A program made the translations under genes and the position numbers. Below, in pieces: positions 38,785 through 48,657 of a stretch of DNA of 64,000 nucleotides (positions within the stretch are counted from its first letter, which is position 1; every line of letters begins with the position of its first letter). The DNA lies in the NCBI GenBank assembly GCA_050010755.1, contig JBEKKK010000001.1:256001-320000 (forward strand), in the 5' to 3' direction. The notes under the pieces are model-generated. The model did no database searches and was not told the DNA's origin. It was given only the letters and a program-made list of their open reading frames with translations. This stretch comes from Candidatus Bathyarchaeia archaeon. GTDB taxonomy: Archaea; Thermoproteota; Bathyarchaeia; Bathyarchaeales; Bathycorpusculaceae.

Positions 38785-39804
38785 TTGATGAAACTATCCA
38801 CTTTTCTTACGGTTGCAGATCTTCACACCGCAGGGGAACCATTCAGAATAGTGACTAGCGGGTTTCCGACCATTCAAGGCGGGACGATTCGAGAAAAGAA
38901 TGTGTTCGTAGAAAGGAACCTTGAACACCTGAGAAGAGTGATCCTCTATGAACCCAGAGGCCGCAGCACGATGTGCGGAGCGTTTCTCGTGGAACCCACC
39001 GTTCCGGAGGCTGATGCCGGGGTCGTATTCATGGAGCCAATAGGTCTCGTTCCCATGTGCGGCCACGGATCAATTGCGATAGCCAAATACTTGGTTGAAA
39101 CTGGAAGAGTAAAGGTAACCGAGCCCGTAACCAAAGTCAAGCTAGACACTCATGCGGGACTGGTGAGCCTATCAGTTAGCGTCAAAGACGGAAAAGTCGG
39201 AGAGATAACACTGAGAAATGTCGAATCTTTTTCTTACCTCCGCGACGCCGTAGTCCGCACTGAAAGATTCGGAAAAACCAAAGTTGACATTGCCTACGGT
39301 GGCAGCCTCTACGCGATAGTCTCTGCCAAAGACGTAGGACTCAAGATTGAACCTGATGAAGCTGCAAAAATGCTAGAGTACAGCGAAATCCTCAGGAAAT
39401 CTATACAAGAACAAATAGAGATGAAACACCCCAAAGACGCCAGCTTGGTGAAAGTCCTGTACATCCAATTCACAGGGCCTCCAACGCATCCGAAAGCAGA
39501 CATGAAGAACGCCGTAGTCGTGGCCCCAACGGGCTTAGATCGCTCCCCCTGCGGCACTGGAACGTCTGCGAGAATGGCAGACCTCTTCGCCAAGGGAAAA
39601 ATGAAAGTTGGAGATGAGTTCGTCCACGAAAGTATTATCGGCACCTTGTTCCGGGGCAAAATTGTTGCTAAAACCAGCGTCGGGGACTACCCAGCGATAA
39701 TCCCAGAAGTCACGGGCGACGCCTACATAACAGGCTTTCAGCAACTCGTAGTCGAGCCAGACGATCCCCTGAAAAAAGGCTTCTTGCTATCAGAAACTAC
39801 GTAG
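38785..39804 (+). CDS. Proline racemase / hydroxyproline 2-epimerase family (Cys/Cys type)
   Basis: DLHTAGEPFR, EPRG, MCGHG and DRSPCGTGTSAR catalytic cysteines, HESIIGT, DDP...GF. Confidence 0.95.
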   Translation: MMKLSTFLTVADLHTAGEPFRIVTSGFPTIQGGTIREKNVFVERNLEHLRRVILYEPRGRSTMCGAFLVEPTVPEADAGVVFMEPIGLVPMCGHGSIAIAKYLVETGRVKVTEPVTKVKLDTHAGLVSLSVSVKDGKVGEITLRNVESFSYLRDAVVRTERFGKTKVDIAYGGSLYAIVSAKDVGLKIEPDEAAKMLEYSEILRKSIQEQIEMKHPKDASLVKVLYIQFTGPPTHPKADMKNAVVVAPTGLDRSPCGTGTSARMADLFAKGKMKVGDEFVHESIIGTLFRGKIVAKTSVGDYPAIIPEVTGDAYITGFQQLVVEPDDPLKKGFLLSETT

Positions 39805-39894
39805 TTTGGAACATTCTAACAAGAAAGATTGAAACCGACCAAGGTTAAGTAGTGCCTTTGGTAAGATCAATTGTGAGTTCGAGGTTGAGGTAAC

Positions 39895-41133
39895 ACGTTC
39901 CTTACGCGCGAGGAAGAGGCGATGCTTGATGGCGAGTTTGGAGAAGCATGCGAAATCGCTATGTCCGTTTTAGTCAAGCTTGGAGAAATTTATGGCGCCG
40001 ACAGGATGCAGAACGTGGAAAACGTTCACATTGACGGCTCCGCCTACGGCTGGATTAACGACGCAGGTTTGGAAGTGATTCGGAAGTTGGCCAGCTCAGG
40101 GGGACGTTTTCGGGTTCCTGCGACGCTTAACCCGTCTTCCATAGACTTTGACATGTGGCAAGAGCTGAAGATAGCTCCTGAGGTCTCAAAGAAACAGTTG
40201 AGGCTTGCAAAGGCCTTGCTGAGTATGGGAGGAACACCAACATGGACTTGTGCCCCGTATCAATACGGCGCCTATCTTAGGTTTGGCCAGAAAGTAGCGT
40301 GGGGAGAATCAAACGCCGTCAGTTTTGCAAACACAGTTATCGGGGCAAGAACTGAAAGATTGGGAGATCTTGCAGATGTCTGTGCTGCAATTGCTGGAAA
40401 ATACCCAAGATTCGGACTGTATCTAGACGAGAACAGGCGGGGACAAATCCTTTTCGAAGCTAACAGACTCGACTCGGATGCCTTCGACTCTTCAGATTAT
40501 GGCGTCCTAGGTTTCCTGATCGGATCCATGGCCAAGGCAAGAGTGCCGGTGGTTTCAGGAATGCCAGAAAAAGCGACATTTGACCAGCTGAAATCGTTCT
40601 GTGCGGCTGCCGCAGTTGGCGGTTCAGTAGCCCTTTGCCACCTATGCGGAATCACGCCCGAGGCAAAGACAGTGCCAGAGGCTTTTCACGGTTCGAAACC
40701 TGAAGAAGAAATAGACATTGAAGCCGGTGACCTTGAAAAAACAAGACAGAAGCTGAGCACTGTCAACGACGTGCCGCCTGAAGTCATCTGCATCGGATGT
40801 CCGCACTGCTCCGTTCAGGAGCTTGTAAAGATCGCGCGTCTTATTAAGAACAAAAAAGTGGAAGAGAGCGCAAGGTTCCTAGTTTTTTCGAGCAGAGCCG
40901 CAAAAACGTTGGCAGAGGAAATGGGAGCAATTGAGACAATCGAGTCGGCGGGTGGCAGAGTGATTGCTGACACGTGCTGGAACTTCATCCCCTCCAAAGC
41001 TAGAACCGTGATGACTGATTCTGTGAAAATGGCCTGGACATCTCTGGGCAAGTTCACAAACGTCACATTGGGCAATATGGAAACGTGCGTCGACGTTGCG
41101 GTTGGAGCAAAGCCCAGAGGAGGACCTCCGTGA
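39895..41133 (+). CDS. Aconitase X large (Fe-S) subunit; candidate cis-3-hydroxy-L-proline dehydratase
   Basis: FLTREEEAMLDGE.GEA, TLNP, TWTCAPY, AWGESNA..FANTV.GART, IGCPH, DTC; conserved N-terminus begins at ACG 39895, first ATG at 39922. Confidence 0.88.
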   Translation, partial: TFLTREEEAMLDGEFGEACEIAMSVLVKLGEIYGADRMQNVENVHIDGSAYGWINDAGLEVIRKLASSGGRFRVPATLNPSSIDFDMWQELKIAPEVSKKQLRLAKALLSMGGTPTWTCAPYQYGAYLRFGQKVAWGESNAVSFANTVIGARTERLGDLADVCAAIAGKYPRFGLYLDENRRGQILFEANRLDSDAFDSSDYGVLGFLIGSMAKARVPVVSGMPEKATFDQLKSFCAAAAVGGSVALCHLCGITPEAKTVPEAFHGSKPEEEIDIEAGDLEKTRQKLSTVNDVPPEVICIGCPHCSVQELVKIARLIKNKKVEESARFLVFSSRAAKTLAEEMGAIETIESAGGRVIADTCWNFIPSKARTVMTDSVKMAWTSLGKFTNVTLGNMETCVDVAVGAKPRGGPP

Positions 41134-41561
41134 AAAAAACAGTGATAAGATGCGTCCCTGTGTCGGGAGGTGCGTCGAAAGGAGAAGCTCTAGTTACTAA
41201 CCAGCCGATATGTCTGTACGACTCGTTGGATCCCAAGACTGGTCGTATCGTGAATAGAAGACATGAACTTTATGGGCAATGTGTTTCTGGCAGGGTTTTC
41301 TTCTTTCCATACGGAATTGGTTCAAGCACGAGCGCCGCCACGCTTCTTGAGACTTCAAGATGCAAAAAGGCTCCTGCCGCGATAATTAATCTGGAAACTG
41401 AGCCGATAATAGCTGTTGGCGCATTGTTGGCAGAGAGATTTTATGGTATGAAAATTCCGATTGTTCACAGGCCCGAGCTAGACCCGGCAGAAGCGATTAG
41501 ACACCATTCGGTAAGGGTTGACGGCGATCTGGGCCTGATTGAAGTACTAAGACACAGTTGA
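41130..41561 (+). CDS. Aconitase X small (swivel, DUF126) subunit
   Basis: G...GEALV, DPKTG.I...HEL.G, GIGSST, APAAII, VDG..G; GTG overlaps the upstream TGA. Confidence 0.88.
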   Translation: MKKTVIRCVPVSGGASKGEALVTNQPICLYDSLDPKTGRIVNRRHELYGQCVSGRVFFFPYGIGSSTSAATLLETSRCKKAPAAIINLETEPIIAVGALLAERFYGMKIPIVHRPELDPAEAIRHHSVRVDGDLGLIEVLRHS

Positions 41562-41663
41562 TGCACACCACATATTAAAGCAAGCAACGAATGAAACGCA
41601 AAAATTAGCGCACAATGTTTTTAGGTCTCGGGCTAGTCTTAACTAATAAGCGTTCTGGAAAAG

Positions 41664-42581
41664 GTGGAGAATACCATCCAAAAAGGTCTTATTTTCGATA
41701 TCAAAAGGTATGCCACGGACGATGGACCAGGCATACGTACGACCGTATTCTTCAAGGGATGCCCCCTACGCTGCTTGTGGTGCCACAACCCCGAGAGTCA
41801 AAATCCGAAACCCGAGTTAATGTACAAACGGAACAGATGCAAAGGCTCCGGCGAATGTGTCGAAAGCTGTCCGAAGAGTGCAATCTCGAAAGGCGCTCAG
41901 TACGTGTCTATAAACAGGAAACTCTGCAATTCATGCGGAAAATGCGCCTATGCCTGTCCAAGTGATGCTCTCGTGCAGGTCGGCAGAGCAGTAGGAGTCG
42001 ACGAGCTGCTGAAGGAAATAGAGAAGGACGTTATCTTTTACGATGAGTCAGGCGGAGGCGTCACCTTCTCGGGTGGAGAGCCACTCATGCAACCCGATTT
42101 CCTAGAAGCTCTGCTCGAAGGTTGCAAGGAGAGAAACATTCGCACGACGTTGGACACGTGTGGATACGCATCATGGGAAACGATGGAGAGAATAAAGGAC
42201 AAGGTTGATCTTTTTCTTTATGACCTCAAGAGCATGGACGACCGGACGCATAGAAAGTACACAGGAGTGTCAAACATACTCATCGTTCAGAATTTCAAGA
42301 GGTTGGCGGAGAATGGAAGCATCATTTCAGTTCGCTTCCCCGTCATCCCTGGCGTCAATGACAACGCCGAAAACGTCGCAAGAACAGGCGAGTTTGCACT
42401 GTCAAGTGGAGTGAGGCAGATCTGTCTACTTCCTTATCACAGAGCGGGGATTGAAAAGTACAGAAGCCTAGACAAGACTTGCAGACTCGAGGATCTACAA
42501 TCTCCTTCAGATGAAGAAATGCAAATGATAAAAGAAAAACTTATCACACTTGGGTCAGACGTGAGAATAGGAGGAGGGTAA
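41664..42581 (+). CDS. Glycyl-radical enzyme activating protein (radical SAM with ferredoxin insert)
   Basis: [25 protein letters not shown], ferredoxin insert, [15 protein letters not shown]. Confidence 0.96.
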   Translation: MENTIQKGLIFDIKRYATDDGPGIRTTVFFKGCPLRCLWCHNPESQNPKPELMYKRNRCKGSGECVESCPKSAISKGAQYVSINRKLCNSCGKCAYACPSDALVQVGRAVGVDELLKEIEKDVIFYDESGGGVTFSGGEPLMQPDFLEALLEGCKERNIRTTLDTCGYASWETMERIKDKVDLFLYDLKSMDDRTHRKYTGVSNILIVQNFKRLAENGSIISVRFPVIPGVNDNAENVARTGEFALSSGVRQICLLPYHRAGIEKYRSLDKTCRLEDLQSPSDEEMQMIKEKLITLGSDVRIGGG

Positions 42582-42582
42582 C

Positions 42583-44949
42583 ATGAAAGAAAGAGTTAGA
42601 AAACTCCGAGAACGTAGCGTCAGCACTAAACCATACATCACACCGGAAAGAGCCGTCCTAATAACGGAATTCTACGCGGGCGGAGAGGCCAGCCAGTCAG
42701 CATCCACACCCGTGAAAAGAGCCCTCGCCCTGAAATACTTGCTTGAAAACAAGCAGATATCCATTGATGAAGGTGAACTAATCGTCGGCGAGAGAGGACC
42801 CGCTCCGAAAGCCGTTCCCACCTACCCAGAGATATGCTGCCACAGCCTCCAAGACCTCGAAATTCTGAATTCGCGGAAGAAAACACCGTTTGCGGTGGAT
42901 AGAGAAACGAGGAGAGCATACGAAAACAAGATCATACCTTTCTGGAAGGACAAATCAATACGGGAAATGATTTTTGATCAAATGTCCAAAGAATGGAAAG
43001 CCGCCTACGAGGCCGGCGTGTTCACAGAGTTTCTGGAACAGAGAGCCCCAGGCCACACGGTTCTCGACGACAAAATCTACTCGAAAGGCATGCTTGACTT
43101 CATTGAGAATATCAAGAAGAGCATACAAAGTCTCGATTTTCTAAATGATCCCGAAGCTCTCAAAAAGATGGAAGAACTCAAAGCCATGCAAATCGCTGCC
43201 GGCGCGTTGATATGCTACGCAGAGCGACATGCTGAAAAAGCCAGAGAGATGGCAAAGAAAGAAAAAAACTCGACAAGAAGAAAAGAGCTCGAAAAGATAG
43301 CAGATGTCTGCTCTCACGTTCCCGCTAACGCACCTCGCGACTTTTGGGAGGCTCTGCAGTGCTACTGGTTTGTCCATTTAGGAGTAATCTCGGAACTCAA
43401 CCCATGGGATTCATTCAACCCCGGCAGGCTTGATCAGCACCTGTATCCGTTCTATAAAAGAGGTTTGGAGCAGAACACTTTAACGAAGGAAAAAGCCAAA
43501 GAACTACTGGAACTGTTCTGGATAAAATTCAACAATCAACCCGCGCCACCTAAGGTCGGCGTTACAGCAGAAGAGAGCAGTACCTACAACGATTTTGCCC
43601 TCATAAACGCTGGCGGCGTGAAAGCCGACGGCTCAGACGGCGTCAACGAGCTCTCGTACCTGATACTGGATGTTGTTGAGGAAATGAGGTTGATCCAGCC
43701 TAGCTCCATGGTCCAAATTAGCAAGAAAACTCCGGATAGTTTTGTGAAGAAGACCGTTGAGGTCATAAAAGAAGGGTTCGGACAACCCTCCGTCTTCAAC
43801 ACAGACGCAATAATTCAAGAACTCCTGCGACAGGGAAAATCGATAGAGGACGCGAGAAACGGAGGAGCGAGCGGATGCGTTGAAACAGGGGCGTTCGGAA
43901 AAGAAAGCTACATTCTCACGGGATACTTCAACCTCAGCAAGATATTGGAAATCACTTTGAACAACGGCATAGACCCGAGGACAAAGAAAAAAATAGGCCT
44001 TGAAACCGGAGATCCTTCAGAATTCAGTTCCTTCAATGACCTCATCACCGCATTTGAGAAGCAGTTAAACTATTTTGTGGACGTCAAAATCAGGGGTAAC
44101 AACATAATTGAAAGACTCTACGCCGAACATCTACCCACCCCCTTCTTGTCACTACTAATAAGCGATTGCATAAAGAAAGGAAAAGACTACAGCGACGGCG
44201 GCGCCAAGTACAACACGAATTACATCCAAGGCGTAGGTCTCGGAACGATAACTGATTCTCTCACGGCAATTAAACACCAAGTCTTTGACGAGAAAAACGT
44301 CAAGATGAAAGAACTGCTCAAGGCTCTACACGCCAACTTTGAAGAGCATGAGAACCTTCGCCAACAGCTCCTGAACAAGACCCCCAAGTACGGCAACGAC
44401 GACGATTACGCAGACGACATCATGAGAACCGTGTTTGAGATTTACTATTGCGCAGTGGAAGGAAGACCCAACACCAAGGGAGGCTACCACAGAATAAATC
44501 TCCTGCCGACGACGGTTCACATCTACTTCGGAAAAGTTCTAGGCGCAACACCTGACGGAAGAAAATCAGGAGAACCCGTCTCCGAGGGCGTTTCACCCGT
44601 CCAAGGAGCCGACAGAAAAGGCCCGACAGCAGTGATAAAATCCGTTTCAAAGATAGATCACATCAGAACAGGCGGAACCCTTCTCAACCAGAAATTCGCG
44701 CCCGAACTGCTCGAAGACGAGCAGGGAAGAGACAAGCTCGGCCATCTCATACGCACGTACTTCAAGCTTGACGGACACCATATCCAGTTTAACGTCATAA
44801 ACGCAGAGACCCTGCGAGATGCACAGAAACACCCCGAAAAATACACAGACCTCCTAGTGAGGGTTGCAGGTTACAGCGACTACTTCGTCGACTTGAGCAC
44901 CGAACTCCAGAACGAAATCATCAAGAGAACAGAACACAAATCGTTCTAG
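42583..44949 (+). CDS. hypD: trans-4-hydroxy-L-proline dehydratase (glycyl radical enzyme)
   Basis: HypD-specific motifs TYPEICCH, FTEFLEQRAPGHTV, ELNPWD, KFNNQPAPPKVG, ESSTYNDF, SGCVE, LTGY, LPTT.H.YFG, RVAGY. Confidence 0.93.
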   Translation: MKERVRKLRERSVSTKPYITPERAVLITEFYAGGEASQSASTPVKRALALKYLLENKQISIDEGELIVGERGPAPKAVPTYPEICCHSLQDLEILNSRKKTPFAVDRETRRAYENKIIPFWKDKSIREMIFDQMSKEWKAAYEAGVFTEFLEQRAPGHTVLDDKIYSKGMLDFIENIKKSIQSLDFLNDPEALKKMEELKAMQIAAGALICYAERHAEKAREMAKKEKNSTRRKELEKIADVCSHVPANAPRDFWEALQCYWFVHLGVISELNPWDSFNPGRLDQHLYPFYKRGLEQNTLTKEKAKELLELFWIKFNNQPAPPKVGVTAEESSTYNDFALINAGGVKADGSDGVNELSYLILDVVEEMRLIQPSSMVQISKKTPDSFVKKTVEVIKEGFGQPSVFNTDAIIQELLRQGKSIEDARNGGASGCVETGAFGKESYILTGYFNLSKILEITLNNGIDPRTKKKIGLETGDPSEFSSFNDLITAFEKQLNYFVDVKIRGNNIIERLYAEHLPTPFLSLLISDCIKKGKDYSDGGAKYNTNYIQGVGLGTITDSLTAIKHQVFDEKNVKMKELLKALHANFEEHENLRQQLLNKTPKYGNDDDYADDIMRTVFEIYYCAVEGRPNTKGGYHRINLLPTTVHIYFGKVLGATPDGRKSGEPVSEGVSPVQGADRKGPTAVIKSVSKIDHIRTGGTLLNQKFAPELLEDEQGRDKLGHLIRTYFKLDGHHIQFNVINAETLRDAQKHPEKYTDLLVRVAGYSDYFVDLSTELQNEIIKRTEHKSF

Positions 44950-44989
44950 GCGAGAAGCAAAAACAGCTAGGACCCATTTTGTGGAACGT

Positions 44990-45973
44990 TCAAATCTCCA
45001 TTTGTTTTCCGATTCCCTCTTCTTTTGCCTTGTCATACACCATCTTTGCCACGGCAGCATCCTCAAGGGCTAAGCCCACGGCTTTCCAGCACGTCGTTTC
45101 GGTTTGAGACGTTCGTCCAGGCTTTTCTCCGCCCACTATCTCATGAAGTTCCGCGTATATGCCATCCTTTGAGATTATTCCGTTCTTCATCGGGATGGCG
45201 AGGTCCCCAGTCTCGGCAAGTGCGCCCTCTAATGTGTCGACGACGATTTTTGCCCTCTTGATTGTTTTGTCATCCAGTTCTCTTCCTTCAGGGCCGACCA
45301 CTCCTATGGAGTTTATATGGGTCCCGGCTGATATCCAGTCTCCGTCCAACACTGGAACCCTCGACGTAGTGGCCAGAACTATTAAGTCAGAGTTTTCCAC
45401 GCATTGCCTGCTGGTTTCCACAGGTTCCACAGTTAAACTCAGTTCTCGCGAGATACCGTCTGCGAATTCACCAGCCCTCTTGGGCAGAATGTCATACACC
45501 TTTATTCTTGTCAGGTTTTTGAGAACCTCCCGCAATCCCCGAACCTGAGCTCTAGCCTGGCCACCCGTGCCCAAGACGCCAACAACATGAGAACTCTTTC
45601 GAGCAAGATATTCCGTCGCAACGGCGCTTGCGGCTCCTGTTCTCGTGGCGGTCAGGTACGTGGCATCCATGAGGGCGAGAGGTCTGCCCGTTTCTGGATC
45701 GTTTAGGAGAATTGAAGCTAATATCGTGGGCAAACCTTGCTTCAAGTTTCTCTCGAATTGAGTGACTATCTTGATTGCTAACGACCCCGTCTTGCTGAGG
45801 TAGGCGGGCATATAATAAGCGAAGCCTTCGTGTTCGTCAACGCTTATGATCGATCGCTTGGGACATGCCACATTTCCTTCATGTTGCTCGAGAAAGGCCG
45901 CTTCTACGACTTGGATAGCTTCCCTCATCGTAACCAATGACTCGACATCGGCTCTACTGAGGAACAAGACCAT
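44990..45973 (-). CDS. Ornithine cyclodeaminase/mu-crystallin family (candidate pyrroline-2-carboxylate reductase or alanine dehydrogenase)
   Basis: MPAY, KIV...N...GLP, LTATRTGAAS, GTGGQA Rossmann motif, HINSIG, ELD, KAVGLALED. Confidence 0.9.
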   Translation of the reverse strand: MVLFLSRADVESLVTMREAIQVVEAAFLEQHEGNVACPKRSIISVDEHEGFAYYMPAYLSKTGSLAIKIVTQFERNLKQGLPTILASILLNDPETGRPLALMDATYLTATRTGAASAVATEYLARKSSHVVGVLGTGGQARAQVRGLREVLKNLTRIKVYDILPKRAGEFADGISRELSLTVEPVETSRQCVENSDLIVLATTSRVPVLDGDWISAGTHINSIGVVGPEGRELDDKTIKRAKIVVDTLEGALAETGDLAIPMKNGIISKDGIYAELHEIVGGEKPGRTSQTETTCWKAVGLALEDAAVAKMVYDKAKEEGIGKQMEI

Positions 45974-46179
45974 TGGGGAAACCTCAAATCTAAGGCGTGG
46001 CAATTCGCACTTAACTTTTTCTTGTTTCTCAAAACGACACGCATCTGTCGCTGAAATATCGGTTTCTTGCTCATCAGAACAGGACCTGGCTACAAAGCCG
46101 AGTCACAATTAGAATCGACCTTCACACAAAACATTTATACGACTTTCAATCGGCGTTGAGGTTGACGCTGTGAAGACTA

Positions 46180-47472
46180 ATGGCCGATTACGACGTAGTT
46201 ATTGTGGGGGGCGGAATTCTTGGTTTATCGACCGCGTACCATGTCAAAACCGTGCATCCTGACGCAGCCATTTTGGTCATAGACAAATTAGGCTCAGCAG
46301 GTCAGGGGAACACAGCTCGGAGCGCGGCCGCCTTTCGCTGCATATTCTCGTCCCAGACGAATTACGCTCTTGCCGATTCTTCCCTTGAATTCTATAGGCA
46401 TTTGGAGCAAGATTTGGGCGTGGATATTAAGCTGCAATGGCTCGGCTACCTCTGGCTCCTGACCGAAAAGGACTACGACGAAACTTCTACCGTTTTCAAG
46501 GATTTAGCACTCAAGAGCGATTTGAAATACACCGAGTACGACTGCAAAGAACTGACCAGGAGATTGTGCGTACGAACAAACTTGGAGAAAGACGAAGAAG
46601 CACAATCTATGGGTTTGGAGGATATTTTCGGAGGCATCCTGATTCCCAAAGCAGGCGTCATAAACGATGTCAGCTCTTTGATCAACTTCTACGAAACCGA
46701 GTTCCTGAGACTCGGCGGAAAAATCCAATACAATGTAGAGGCCAAGAGTTTGATTGCTGAACCTCTCCAACCTTGGGGCATTTCGGGCGAACCCTATTTT
46801 TGGCAGACCGCAAGAGCCGCAGGGGTGAGCACTAATAAAGGCGTCATCAGGGCGAAAAAGACAGTCTTGGCGGCTGGTGCTTGGATTTCACGATTATTAG
46901 ATCCGGTGGGCGTTGAGTGCTACATCAAACCGAAGAAAAGACAGTTCTTCGCCATTGAGGCCAAGAGCAGTGACTTGCAGAAGCTGCTGTTCACCAAAGG
47001 GTTCAATTCACTTGGCTGTTTACCTTTCACCATTCTACCAAGTTTCAGAGTGTACATTCGTCCATTTTCCAAAGAAGGAACCTATTGGGTTGGCTACGCT
47101 GACGATTTCCCAAGGGCCTTTAAACTTGAGGAAGACCCGCAAGCGGAGAAAAATTTCTATGAATATGGCATCTATCAAGTTTTGACGAAGTATTTTCCAC
47201 AGTTTAGGGATGTTCGCGCGTCTTCAGCTTTTGCAGGATTGTACGAGATCAACACCCTTGATGGACACCCTGTGATTTTTGAACAAAATGATTTGATGGT
47301 GGTGGGTGGTGCCAGTGGAAGCGGAATCACAAAAGCAGACGCGATTGGAAGAATCGCTGAGGCTTTGTACAGTGAAAAAGAGTATGCGAGTTTTTACGGT
47401 CACAAGAAGTTCAAAGTCAGTGACCTGGGCCTCGAAAAAAGATATGTGGAACCCGAGAAACTAGTACTCTAG
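46180..47472 (+). CDS. FAD-dependent amino acid oxidoreductase (DAO/sarcosine oxidase beta/proline dehydrogenase-like)
   Basis: VVIVGGGILG, GQGNTARSAA, LAAGAW, AGLYE...DG.P, GASGSGI.KAD.IG. Confidence 0.85.
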   Translation: MADYDVVIVGGGILGLSTAYHVKTVHPDAAILVIDKLGSAGQGNTARSAAAFRCIFSSQTNYALADSSLEFYRHLEQDLGVDIKLQWLGYLWLLTEKDYDETSTVFKDLALKSDLKYTEYDCKELTRRLCVRTNLEKDEEAQSMGLEDIFGGILIPKAGVINDVSSLINFYETEFLRLGGKIQYNVEAKSLIAEPLQPWGISGEPYFWQTARAAGVSTNKGVIRAKKTVLAAGAWISRLLDPVGVECYIKPKKRQFFAIEAKSSDLQKLLFTKGFNSLGCLPFTILPSFRVYIRPFSKEGTYWVGYADDFPRAFKLEEDPQAEKNFYEYGIYQVLTKYFPQFRDVRASSAFAGLYEINTLDGHPVIFEQNDLMVVGGASGSGITKADAIGRIAEALYSEKEYASFYGHKKFKVSDLGLEKRYVEPEKLVL

Positions 47473-47519
47473 CGCATGCATGCGCTTAGTGGAAAATGAA
47501 CAGGGAGAAAAGTGAAAAG

Positions 47520-48656
47520 ATGAAAACGAAAAAAACGACAACTTACTTTTGGTCAGGAAACGAAGCTTGCGTTGAAGCGGCGATAATTGCGGGTTGCCGA
47601 TTCTTCGCGGGTTACCCGATATCGCCTTCGAACGAGATACCTGAAGGTCTTTCAGAACGCCTGCCAAAGGTTGATGGAATATTTATGCAGATGGAAGACG
47701 AGCTGGCTTCTATAGGCGCGGTTATGGGTGCGAGCTGGGCGGGAAAGAAGGCCATGACGGCCACTTCGGGACCCGGTTTCAGCCTAATGCAGGAAACCAT
47801 AGGCTGGGGATTCATGACTGAAACACCCTGCGTAATAGTTGACGTTCAAAGAGTGGGGCCTGGCACGGGACAAGCAACCAAATGCGCACAGGGAGACGTT
47901 ATGCAGACTCGCTGGGGAACGCACGGTGACTACGCGGCCATTGCGTTATCTCCAAACTCGGTTCAGGAAATGTTTGACCTCACAATTAGAGCATTCAACC
48001 TCGCCGAAAAATATCGTACGCCAGTCGTTCTTCTGGCAGACGAGACTATAGCCCATGTCAGAGAGCAAATAGCGGTTCCGCCACCTGAGAGCATAGAGAT
48101 AGTTAACCGCAAGAAACCAAAGACGGGAGAAACCGAGTTTTTTGGCATGAAAGAAGTTGCGCCAATGCCGGCCGTCGGCGAAGGCTTCAACGTTGCTGTG
48201 ACGGCTTCAACACACGATGAACGTGGAGTCCGATTCACGCAGGACGCAGCGGTGCACAGAAGAATGCTTGAAAGCCTCAATGCCAAGATAGATGGTCACG
48301 CGGACGACATCGCCGAGGTGGAGAGCCACAACATTGACGACTGTAGGGTAGGTGTAGTATCTTTCGGCTGCACGTCCCGTGCGGTCTACGAGGCGGTTGA
48401 AATGGCAGAAGCGTTGGGAACCAAGACGGGTTACGTTCGCCTGAAGACGGTATGGCCTTTCCCAGAGAAAGCCGTCCGAAGGCTAGCCAAATCTGCTGAG
48501 AGAATTATCGTTCCTGAGATGAATCTGGGACAGGTTGCCAGAGAAGTTCAGAGAGTCGCATGCAAAACAGAAATTGTGAAGTTGAATAAGATAGGAGGGG
48601 GCGAGCTCATCACGCCTGAGGAAGTGTTCAACAAAATCGTTGAAGGGGGAAAATGA
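47520..48656 (+). CDS. korA: 2-oxoacid:ferredoxin oxidoreductase alpha subunit (2-oxoglutarate type)
   Basis: SGNEAC, FFAGYPISPS, QMEDE, TATSGPGFSLMQE, QR.GPGTG, RWGTHGD, PEMNLGQ. Confidence 0.9.
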   Translation: MKTKKTTTYFWSGNEACVEAAIIAGCRFFAGYPISPSNEIPEGLSERLPKVDGIFMQMEDELASIGAVMGASWAGKKAMTATSGPGFSLMQETIGWGFMTETPCVIVDVQRVGPGTGQATKCAQGDVMQTRWGTHGDYAAIALSPNSVQEMFDLTIRAFNLAEKYRTPVVLLADETIAHVREQIAVPPPESIEIVNRKKPKTGETEFFGMKEVAPMPAVGEGFNVAVTASTHDERGVRFTQDAAVHRRMLESLNAKIDGHADDIAEVESHNIDDCRVGVVSFGCTSRAVYEAVEMAEALGTKTGYVRLKTVWPFPEKAVRRLAKSAERIIVPEMNLGQVAREVQRVACKTEIVKLNKIGGGELITPEEVFNKIVEGGK

Positions 48657-48657
48657 A

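Noticed and set aside
42583-44949. Pyruvate formate-lyase, or an alkyl/benzylsuccinate synthase for hydrocarbon activation
   Set aside because: The single-cysteine GCVE loop and HypD-specific motifs (QRAPGH, NNQPAPPKVG, ESSTY.DF) indicate hydroxyproline dehydratase.
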